Shown: positions 10,001 through 16,679 of the stretch, piece after piece | Position numbering within the stretch: the first letter of the stretch is position 1 | How the letters are laid out: every line of letters begins with the position of its first letter | Source: Bdellovibrio sp. | Lineage (GTDB): Bacteria > Bdellovibrionota > Bacteriovoracia > Bacteriovoracales > Bacteriovoracaceae | Reading direction: 5' to 3' | Length of the DNA: 64,000 bases | Assembly (NCBI GenBank): GCA_020720455.1 | Contig: DYOQ01000002.1 | Coordinates: forward strand, 23,736-87,735 | Program-made: the position numbers and the translations under genes | The notes under the pieces: model-generated | Told to the model about the DNA's origin: nothing | Seen by the model: only the letters and a program-made list of their open reading frames with translations | Databases searched by the model: none

Positions 10001-12784
10001 AGGTAGAATAACTCTTATCTCACTAAAAATTTCATTTGTTGGAGCTGGTAGACTTCTTACTGAATCGATAGGTCTTACTGTATAATAGTAAACCTGTCCT
10101 TTATCATCTTCACTTACTGAATTAAAATCTTCATCCTTATATGTATAGGTAGTTGATGCAACGATACTGCTTTCATTTAGGGCCCCGTTTACGAAGTTAT
10201 AATCCTCTCCGGCCATTCTTCTATAAATTTTATATCCAGCTATCGTTACGCTACTATTATTTCCACTACCAACTAACAAGAATGGCTCCCACCCTAGCTG
10301 AACGTATGGTTCACTAAGAAGCTCTCTATCAAATGAATATTTTGCTCCCATGGCCTTTAAATCTGTCCACCCTTTATGAATCGCTCCGATTGAATGGACC
10401 GTCAGCTTAAACTCGCCATTATTAAAACTTGTTGCAAGAGAGTTAACTGCTAATAACGCATCAGTTGTATAATCTTGAGCATGAATATTAATATTTGCTA
10501 CACCTGAAATATTATCAACTGGATTAATATCGACTCTAAATTCAGCAAGTCCTATACTTGCTCCACCAATAGCAACGTAGGTATCCACTAAAAATTTTCT
10601 TCCACACCCAGTTTCCGTCCACGACAAATCATCAAGGCCACTACTAATCCAACATCTATTGTTTGTTATTTCATAGTATAAAACACCTATCGCCCTAGGT
10701 GTTATCGCTCCACTTGGTGAACTATCTCCACGACAGGCAACAGTGCTTGCTCCAGAAATACAACCGCCAGCAGTATATGAGTTAATACACGGTGTCTCTT
10801 TCCAAACAAAATCTTCATCTGAACGATAGCACGTTTGGAACCCTGCTGTATTATCATAATAAACACAGTTCTCAGCACCAGCAGCTACAGCAGGAGGTGA
10901 ACCTGCTCCAGTACAAGCAGCACCACCACAGCATGTTATATTGTTACTGTACGCAACATCTGCCCACCAATAAATTACAGAAGCAGAACTGCCATCTTTA
11001 TACAACTCTATATTACTAGCAGGAAGCAAACTTTTATTGTCAGTCAGAAGAGAGACGAATACACCTTGAGGATCTTCAACACTCCCTCCTCCCTCATCAA
11101 TTTTTATTCCAGTAATCCTGATACTATCACCCTCATTAGTCTCTCTATCAGGTAATACGGCGCTATTTTTTAAAACTGTTGGCGGATCATCGACCTCGAC
11201 AAAATTAACATATAAATTACAAGTAACACTATTAGCACTAGTAGAACCATCATCAACTCCAACAAGCGAAACAACCACTGTTGTATTAGAGGCCCCTGTT
11301 TTAGGTGTTAAAGTTAAAGTAACGCTACTACTGCTAGCATCATTTGAACTATTTGGAATTAAAACTGAATCTAAACCATTATATCCTAGATCAGTCTCGC
11401 CATATTTGATTCCTACGCCACCACGTTCAGAATCAATAATAGTTGAATCTAAAACCGTTGGAGTTGAAGCTAATGCTATAGTAGCTGATAGTTTTAATGC
11501 TTGAGCATCCTCGTTCGTTCCACCACCTTCGTCGGCAACCATTGTAATCACCATAGGCACGTTTTCTAGGCCGTTCATAACGTTTGTTGCTGCAGCACTA
11601 TTACATACGTATGAGTTGCCATTATATTTAATAGTTGAAAAAGTTGGAATATCATTAACAGATTTTATCGTTATCTCTACCGCCTCATCCGTTCCAGCTA
11701 CTCCATTAATATAACGTGGAACCGATACCTTTCCAGATGCCGATGTAATCTTATATTTGAATGATGCTGTATTTGATGTCCCCTCAGTAAAATAATTAGC
11801 TTCCCCACTTATATTGACGGTACAAACTCCAAGGAGACAACTACATGCACCTGCAGTTAATCCAACTAAATCAGAAACTGAACATGTGTACGAAGTGTCT
11901 AATCCATCTGGATCAGTAAACGACAACGTTACTGATTTCGTAAAATCTTCGTCCTGAGCAGCAATAGATGTCTCAACTGTACTGACATTATTGTAAGGTG
12001 GATCATCAACACCAAGTACTCTAACGTTAACATAACTTTTCACAGTCGAATTACCATCTGGGAATGAAACTTTATAACGGAGTTGAGCTCCGTAATGATA
12101 AGTTCCCCCAGCAGGATCAACCACTCCGCTATACTTAACCACAACACTACAAACACCTGCGTAGCATGCACACGACGAAACTTCTGTTAGCTCTGCATAG
12201 TAATCAATCGAGCAAGATGAAGCTTGGGCAACATAATCATCATTATCGTTATAGTTAAGATAAATTATTTCATCGGCATCCTCATCAATTGCAATAGTTG
12301 TGGTTCCGTTTGATGGATTATCATCGACAGAAATAACATTAATGAACATGTTATAATTTCCTGATGTTCCTTTACTGTTTGATAAATTGTAACTAATCCC
12401 AGTCATACCATCAAAATCTCTGACAGGATAAACCGTGACTCTACATATACCATTTGCACATCTACAAGTTGGAGCATAAGGAGCAATATTTTCAAGACCA
12501 GAATCGACTGTAAGAATTCTACATGTTTCAGCTAAGCGATTCGCAACATAAACAACTGGCAGATCAAGCGTGTTATACCCACTATCTTCATAAATAGTCG
12601 CATCGACTCTGCCACCATTTCCATCAGAACTACCAGTGCTGCTACAGGTTCGAGAAAGAGCATCAAAAGTGCTTCCAGCTCCACAGTCAGGAGTTTTAGA
12701 ACCAGTTTGGCCGGCGACACAACCTCCAAGAAAGATTGCAAGTGATGCCAAAATTATGTAATTAAACAAGCTATACAATTTCAC
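7004..12784 (-). CDS. Giant (1926 aa) surface lipoprotein: cadherin-like Cys-motif modules, Cys-rich region, FN3-like module, FGE-sulfatase (SUMF1)-like domain, five C-terminal ~100-aa repeats
   Basis: Uninterrupted 5.8 kb ORF with a GTG start. Lipoprotein signal MKLYSLFNYIILASLAIFLGG|C. Three modules carry CxCxxGxCxV, each followed by VDD(N/P)P. FGE-type signature GVQDFIGNVGEWASD plus the distal GGSYKSGDRAGRY. Thr/Ala/Gly/Val-rich repeats fill aa 1375-1890. Confidence 0.9.
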   Translation of the reverse strand: MKLYSLFNYIILASLAIFLGGCVAGQTGSKTPDCGAGSTFDALSRTCSSTGSSDGNGGRVDATIYEDSGYNTLDLPVVYVANRLAETCRILTVDSGLENIAPYAPTCRCANGICRVTVYPVRDFDGMTGISYNLSNSKGTSGNYNMFINVISVDDNPSNGTTTIAIDEDADEIIYLNYNDNDDYVAQASSCSIDYYAELTEVSSCACYAGVCSVVVKYSGVVDPAGGTYHYGAQLRYKVSFPDGNSTVKSYVNVRVLGVDDPPYNNVSTVETSIAAQDEDFTKSVTLSFTDPDGLDTSYTCSVSDLVGLTAGACSCLLGVCTVNISGEANYFTEGTSNTASFKYKITSASGKVSVPRYINGVAGTDEAVEITIKSVNDIPTFSTIKYNGNSYVCNSAAATNVMNGLENVPMVITMVADEGGGTNEDAQALKLSATIALASTPTVLDSTIIDSERGGVGIKYGETDLGYNGLDSVLIPNSSNDASSSSVTLTLTPKTGASNTTVVVSLVGVDDGSTSANSVTCNLYVNFVEVDDPPTVLKNSAVLPDRETNEGDSIRITGIKIDEGGGSVEDPQGVFVSLLTDNKSLLPASNIELYKDGSSASVIYWWADVAYSNNITCCGGAACTGAGSPPAVAAGAENCVYYDNTAGFQTCYRSDEDFVWKETPCINSYTAGGCISGASTVACRGDSSPSGAITPRAIGVLYYEITNNRCWISSGLDDLSWTETGCGRKFLVDTYVAIGGASIGLAEFRVDINPVDNISGVANINIHAQDYTTDALLAVNSLATSFNNGEFKLTVHSIGAIHKGWTDLKAMGAKYSFDRELLSEPYVQLGWEPFLLVGSGNNSSVTIAGYKIYRRMAGEDYNFVNGALNESSIVASTTYTYKDEDFNSVSEDDKGQVYYYTVRPIDSVRSLPAPTNEIFSEIRVILPPKNRVFVHRWIVNKEICGLLHKESDGTSNFRCEYYGPGSGRDNGYYDIGQDMIVDAFEAGCPYTSAHDSYGACGYNGCIGIGNPNSTEPFDADDKADGYVYYDRSSGKCYVYDSSLAANNWVEASAVTQALWESGVANNTDNAHLAPLTYVSRGSANSICTYKDELSFEYADSSNVDKNSPLITPRIPTRREQIAYSSWDSGYSDAEISNMEAGLALASTSKCNTTEASGLIDWYTDTQLPLSEYFVTLPGTEASEIRSVITGSDETKLCVSKYGVQDFIGNVGEWASDVVTCAVGDTCTIASNPAGDYADAADPVPFTYAFNGITGPCVDIDLDGTCDSPINGWTLYEKKNNATYFILPMGLPAVGDYISSNPTSESGKSMLQIGNSSGISTSALHNDYIDIGSSTLLAGPYDGDLSVGGSYKSGDRAGRYFMAAIPRSGTDTESAATLTIRDVLYTAVETGNSGNSIKVGYSSCGTAGCIPSVTVSSQEITINIDNGVTTAGTIVTLVNGDASASALVVASVVGGASTMAQSLTTSVSLTGGMSAVATTIGDIGFSVDTENSVSVVFIPGSTLNSSRVTISGTAYLIVVTIVDGVTLAQEIVDSINNTALVSAELTASLVGSNVAQHISGSRLVGGVSASATIGGMTFTSTNSTDSVCTMMITGAEADAWNVNTVALAVACNPSDAVAAIDCPNHQVTVGLCRDAGKYSTYLDVKNAIDSALGATKLFTTTYPAGYTTNSMNPFSVDFATSTSARLTRSGVTYTAGSDYPGSSGDNWSVTYLPAGTGSVNGICDGPANLSLAVANNVCINTTQKALYVVVDSATTTANDINTAIGGIAATAMTATVYAPTMAQTTHDTTIGFGTRAAATIQDLTYTATAAYAGTAGNNIRVEYASGGVGCTASGTNPIRLTVTFVLGTTAAALAAAINVLPCNAYVTATVTGTGATAQTIYAPGYLTGGSSSGDVSVIHGFRCVTPISSSIIDPDNYSDKYHTYDY
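7115..8662 (-). repeat. Five degenerate tandem ~95-113 aa coding repeats in the 3' third of the giant lipoprotein gene
   Basis: Repeat units begin near aa 1376 (ATLTI), 1476 (ATTIG), 1571 (ATIGG), 1684 (ARLTRSG) and 1798 (ATIQD). Each has a (Y/F)T(A/S) strand and a TTA..I...IN-like middle segment, and most end in L(T/V)GG. They are recognisable at protein level only. Confidence 0.6.
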
Positions 12785-12981
12785 CCCATTAATTCATAGA
12801 GTAGGTCTGAGTAGCTTATCGTTCGAATAAAAGTGAATCTTTAGATTAAACTCTCTTTCTTATATACTAAAAACAAATGGAGGCCATCGACACAATTACA
12901 AGAAGCTGATACCCTGATAATAGAGATGAGAGGTCGTCAGTAAATATTATTTCTAACCTAACAATCGTTCTTTTAATTTTC

Positions 12982-13887
12982 ATGGCATTAACTGCTATTG
13001 CAACAGATCGACTTGTCGTTGTGCAGGCAGTATCGAGCTCTAAAAGAACTTTAATTATTCAGCGAGGAATGGCCGAGGGTATTAGTGTCGGCCAAGAGGC
13101 AGTCTTTGCAACTAAAGAGGTCAGTTTTTTAGCAAGGGCAATAGAGGTCACTCCAGTTTTTTCTCAGTGGAAAGTTGCTACCTCGAGAGGGATCATACCA
13201 TTTGAAAAAGGTCAAGTAATACTAATGGGGGGAAATCCAAATACTATTTGGAGTGCTGGAACAACCGCGGATGGAACAGAAAGCTCCGGTAGCATTACTC
13301 CTGCGCTCTCAGTTAACACTGCCCTTTCAAGGGAGTTTTCTGATCGCTACTTTAGATCTAAAAGAAGTTGGATTTTTAAAGGTGCCTATACACATACAAT
13401 TAGTGACTCTGTAAGTGATACCGTCTCCTCTAATGAAATATCAAGAAATGGAATGCAAGGTGAAGTTGTATACAGTTTTCAAATGACACCATCATATGAG
13501 TTTACCCTTGGAACACGAATAGATTTTGAAAATCAGGAGAGAAAAGAACCTGCACTAAGCGTACCCACAACTCGAATTCTGGGAACACTGAATTTAAACT
13601 ATCATTTTTATCACCACTTTCAAGATAAAAACCATTTCTATACAGGAGCTACATTTGGCCTTGGCCAAAGCACAACAACTGTTGGCGAAGTTAGTTCAAG
13701 CGGATACTGCATGATACTTCCTTCTGTTACTTTTGGAATGGAGACTGGAAGAAGTTCAAGCAAAAAATACTCTTTTATCACTGAAGCTGTTGCTGAATCA
13801 ATCAACAGTAAAGAGTCATTTCCAAATGGAGAGACTCAATCGACAAATATTATAAATGCAAAAATCAGTTTTGGAATCAAGTTCTAA
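12982..13887 (+). CDS. Outer-membrane beta-barrel protein with N-terminal soluble barrel-like domain (true start probably upstream or non-ATG)
   Basis: 301 aa. The C-terminal half has alternating hydrophobic strands and ends in ...AKISFGIKF, the terminal aromatic residue typical of OMPs. The in-frame codons upstream of the ATG encode the hydrophobic core of a signal peptide (NIISNLTIVLLIF-MALTAIA). Confidence 0.7.
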   Translation: MALTAIATDRLVVVQAVSSSKRTLIIQRGMAEGISVGQEAVFATKEVSFLARAIEVTPVFSQWKVATSRGIIPFEKGQVILMGGNPNTIWSAGTTADGTESSGSITPALSVNTALSREFSDRYFRSKRSWIFKGAYTHTISDSVSDTVSSNEISRNGMQGEVVYSFQMTPSYEFTLGTRIDFENQERKEPALSVPTTRILGTLNLNYHFYHHFQDKNHFYTGATFGLGQSTTTVGEVSSSGYCMILPSVTFGMETGRSSSKKYSFITEAVAESINSKESFPNGETQSTNIINAKISFGIKF

Positions 13888-13928
13888 AAAAAGGCCCTGG
13901 ATAAAATCCAAGGCCAATTTTTTTATTC
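13886..13928. terminator. Bidirectional rho-independent terminator between convergent OMP and HU genes
   Basis: A7 tract, stem GGCCCTGGAT (13893-13902), loop AAA, stem ATCCAAGGCC (13906-13915; 9 of 10 pairs), then AA + T7. The A- and T-tracts flank the hairpin on both sides. Confidence 0.6.
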
Positions 13929-13938
13929 TACAAAAAAA

Positions 13939-14217
13939 TTATAACATCTCTTTCCAAGCTTTTCCTGGCCTAAACTTTGGAACTGTTTTTGCTTTAATTT
14001 TAATTTTAGCACCAGTCGAAGGGTTAACACCTGTTCTTGCTGCTCTCTTTGACTTTGTCCACGTTCCAAATCCAACTAGCGAAACATCATCTCCATTTTT
14101 TACAGTTTTCTTGATCACATCAATAGCTGTGTTAAGGAACTTCTCACTATCCTTCTTTGTCCAATGGTTGATGTTCTTGTCGCTTAGAATAGATTCTATT
14201 AGCTCTTTTTTGTTCAT
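13939..14217 (-). CDS. hup: HU/IHF-family DNA-binding protein
   Basis: 92 aa. MNKKELIE...VSLVGFGTW...RAARTGVNPSTGAKIKIKAKTVPKFRPGKAWKE matches the HU fold signature (GFG..., R.GRNP.TG..I.I). Confidence 0.9.
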   Translation of the reverse strand: MNKKELIESILSDKNINHWTKKDSEKFLNTAIDVIKKTVKNGDDVSLVGFGTWTKSKRAARTGVNPSTGAKIKIKAKTVPKFRPGKAWKEML

Positions 14218-14287
14218 TAAGTCCTCCGTTACTATAAGAAAATTACTAATAAAAAATTGTTACTTAAAAATTATCAGATGACAATAC

Positions 14288-15454
14288 TCAAGACAGTGAT
14301 TTGATCAGCTTTAACAACTTTTCTGCTGTTTTTTTTGCTTGTTCCATTCTAAACTGAGGCGAAAAAGATAAACGGATTGCACTCTTTGCCTCTTCCTCAC
14401 TAAATCCATAAGCAAGCAACACCTTACTTGGTTGTCTATTACCAGATGAACAAGCAGACCCAGTGCCAACTTCGATACCGTTAATATCTAAGGCCGCAAG
14501 AAGTGTATCCATTTTTTTATTTTTTAAAATCATGAAGATGGTATTACCATTTCGATTTTTAGAACCATCACTAGCAATAACTATATTTGTCCCGAGCTCT
14601 CTCTTTAGCTCTGCCTCAATATATCTAGTAGCACTATTCATCTCTTCAAAATTAAAATCATTTTTTAGCTCTTCAAGTGCAAGCTTCACACTGTGCACAC
14701 CCATTGGATTTTCAGTTCCGGACCTCATACCATTTTGCTGGCCTCCTCCAATAAGAAGTGGTTGAAATGGAAAATCTTTTCTTACAAAAGTAAACCCTAT
14801 TCCCTTAATAGCTCCAAACTTATGGGCCGAAAATGTGTACGCATCTATCTCTGGCAAAAGCCTGTTCCACTCTTTAATTTTGCCTGGAGCTTGTACGGCA
14901 TCAACATGAATATAACACCCTGTTAATCTCTTTAACTCCTTGGCAAGAGCTAATGGCCAAACTACACCCGACTCATTATTAACATAAGTAAAATTAACCA
15001 GAATTTTATCACTCGTAGATTTTTGTACTCTTCTAACTAACTCATCTAAATCAACATCTCCATACCGTTCAACATTATACTGATGAATGCTACTACCATC
15101 ATTTTGTAAAATAGGCGCAAGCGAAGAGACCGCTGGATGGTCGCAGTTAGAAAAAAAGAAATCAATTTTTTTATCTTTTTTTTTACAACTTGCCGCAAAC
15201 CCAAGAATAGATGTCGTTATTCCTTCAGTTGCTCCTGAATGAAAAAAAAGCTCATGGCCCAAAAGTCCAAAAGACTCTTTAATAAAAGAAGTAGCTTCAG
15301 TAATAATTTTTTTTGAATATCGACCAGAACGATAAACAGAAGCAGGATTTGCAAAAGGGACATCACCACTACTTAACCATTTAGAAACAGTTAAAGCTAA
15401 TGGTGATGTCGCATTATAGTCGAAGTAATCGATCTTATTGATTGATCTCTCCAA
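14288..15454 (-). CDS. Cysteine desulfurase, NifS/IscS-like class V aminotransferase
   Basis: 388 aa. N-terminal YFDYNATSP, PLP-lysine motif SAHKFGAIKGIG, catalytic-loop GSACSSG. TTG start overlapping the upstream Rrf2 gene by 20 nt. Confidence 0.85.
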   Translation of the reverse strand: MERSINKIDYFDYNATSPLALTVSKWLSSGDVPFANPASVYRSGRYSKKIITEATSFIKESFGLLGHELFFHSGATEGITTSILGFAASCKKKDKKIDFFFSNCDHPAVSSLAPILQNDGSSIHQYNVERYGDVDLDELVRRVQKSTSDKILVNFTYVNNESGVVWPLALAKELKRLTGCYIHVDAVQAPGKIKEWNRLLPEIDAYTFSAHKFGAIKGIGFTFVRKDFPFQPLLIGGGQQNGMRSGTENPMGVHSVKLALEELKNDFNFEEMNSATRYIEAELKRELGTNIVIASDGSKNRNGNTIFMILKNKKMDTLLAALDINGIEVGTGSACSSGNRQPSKVLLAYGFSEEEAKSAIRLSFSPQFRMEQAKKTAEKLLKLIKSLS

Positions 15455-15968
15455 ATGTGCTTCTTATAGAGGAAACCATACCCACAACTTCATTTGTAGA
15501 TGTTGCAGAGATAACTGGTGCTGATTCAGCATTCGCAGATCTCTCAATTACAACTTCACCAGACTTTCTTGTCAAATCTCCGAGTGATGTTGTCTGGAGA
15601 TACTCTTGCATAATCATGCCAAGGTTGACAAAATAGTTCTTTGATAGATGAAACTCAACACTATTTGAGTGTTCTGCTTCACTACCAATGATGTCTCTAG
15701 CAGGATTAATGTTCTCACCAACACATCCTAAAACATCCTTAATTGTGATCTCATCCATAGAACGTGATAGAACGTATCCACCACCTGGACCTCTAACAGA
15801 TCTTACAACCTGGCCATTTCTCAACTTTCTAAAAAGTTGCTCCAAGTAATGTAAGCTGATTGCCTGTCTCGTTGAAATTTCTTGCAGTCTGACCGGATTA
15901 CCGTGGCCGTGTTGTGCTAGATCCAACATTGCTCTTACGGCATACCTTCCTTTCGATGTTAGTCTCAT
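15435..15968 (-). CDS. Rrf2-family transcriptional regulator (CymR/IscR-like, single Cys)
   Basis: 177 aa. MRLTSKGRYAVRAMLDLA...ISLHYLEQLFRKLR...RGPGGGY is the Rrf2 winged-helix signature. It has only one cysteine (LGCVGEN), so the three-Cys Fe-S ligand set of IscR is absent. Confidence 0.85.
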   Translation of the reverse strand: MRLTSKGRYAVRAMLDLAQHGHGNPVRLQEISTRQAISLHYLEQLFRKLRNGQVVRSVRGPGGGYVLSRSMDEITIKDVLGCVGENINPARDIIGSEAEHSNSVEFHLSKNYFVNLGMIMQEYLQTTSLGDLTRKSGEVVIERSANAESAPVISATSTNEVVGMVSSIRSTFGEINQ

Positions 15969-16065
15969 TTGCCTTCCTCCATAAACACAAATTAAATAAA
16001 TTCTTTTAGGCTTCCCGCCCTTGTTCTTAAAAAAACGGACTAAGTTGCACGCTTTTTAGAACGTA

Positions 16066-16100
16066 TTTAGTATGACTCGAGTTCACTATTCACGTCAACT
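16066..16100 (-). promoter_or_regulatory. Candidate sigma70-type promoter overlapped by an imperfect palindrome (possible Rrf2 operator)
   Basis: Read on the minus strand: TTGACG (16098-16093), an 18-nt spacer, then CATACT (16074-16069). The spacer and -10 region contain TAGTGAACTCGAGTCATACTA, an imperfect inverted repeat centred on CTCGAG. It lies ~100 nt upstream of the Rrf2 start. Motif-level evidence only. Confidence 0.3.
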
Positions 16101-16226
16101 CGATTTCTACAAAATAACTGAATATTTAGGTTAGCTAAAGGTTTAGTGTACTTTTCCTTATAATTACGAAGTATTACAATTTTTTGAAATTTTTTGAATA
16201 ATCGTAACAAATATTACCAAACTACT

Positions 16227-16679
16227 TTACTGGGAAATATGTTCCAGATAATAGTTTCGATCTGGCCGATAGGCCAACGATTCACCAAGTTCAATTCGAA
16301 GTTGGTAGTAATTAAAACTATCTCCCAACTCATTTTGGATCTCATTTAAATAATCCATTCCCCACTCAATCAAAACATAGTTTTTATCTTCGGAGTAAAG
16401 GCCAAGTTCCAAGTGTTCAAACTCACTCGCACTCTTTAATCTAAAAAAATCGGCATGCAAAAGATCATCTACTTCATTTATGATTGAGTATGTTGGACTG
16501 ACAATCTGATACTTAGCTAAAAAGTTTTTAGCAAAAGTTGTTTTTCCAGCTCCGACTACTCCGCTTAAAATTATGACAGCGGGAATCTCTACACTATTTT
16601 TTACCTCTGTTGTGACACAAGAGATATCATGTTCCTGCGCTTTTTTCCAACTTCCAACCAGCGCAAGATCTGCGATCAT
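16227..16679 (-). CDS. tsaE: tRNA t6A37 biosynthesis ATPase TsaE
   Basis: 150 aa. Walker A GVVGAGKTTFAK followed by SPTYSIINEV, the TsaE/YjeE signature. ATGA overlap with the upstream gene. Confidence 0.85.
   Translation of the reverse strand: MIADLALVGSWKKAQEHDISCVTTEVKNSVEIPAVIILSGVVGAGKTTFAKNFLAKYQIVSPTYSIINEVDDLLHADFFRLKSASEFEHLELGLYSEDKNYVLIEWGMDYLNEIQNELGDSFNYYQLRIELGESLAYRPDRNYYLEHISQ

Noticed and set aside
8690-10027. Diversity-generating retroelement target (FGE/C-type-lectin fold is the usual DGR variable scaffold)
   Set aside because: No reverse transcriptase gene exists anywhere in the window, I could find no template/variable repeat pair by eye, and the domain is internal rather than C-terminal. 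A DGR located elsewhere in the genome cannot be excluded.
13856-14281. 141-aa + strand ORF covering the HU gene region
   Set aside because: It is antisense to a clearly recognisable HU gene (13939-14217), has no RBS or motif, and overlaps the end of the OMP gene. It is a mirror ORF typical of AT-rich DNA.
15969-16226. Largest intergenic gap (258 nt) examined for a tRNA, small RNA or small ORF
   Set aside because: No cloverleaf-compatible arms or T-loop (GGTTCGAATCC-like) sequence is present. The only ORF is ~20 codons without an RBS. The gap is best explained as the promoter/5' leader of the Rrf2 operon.
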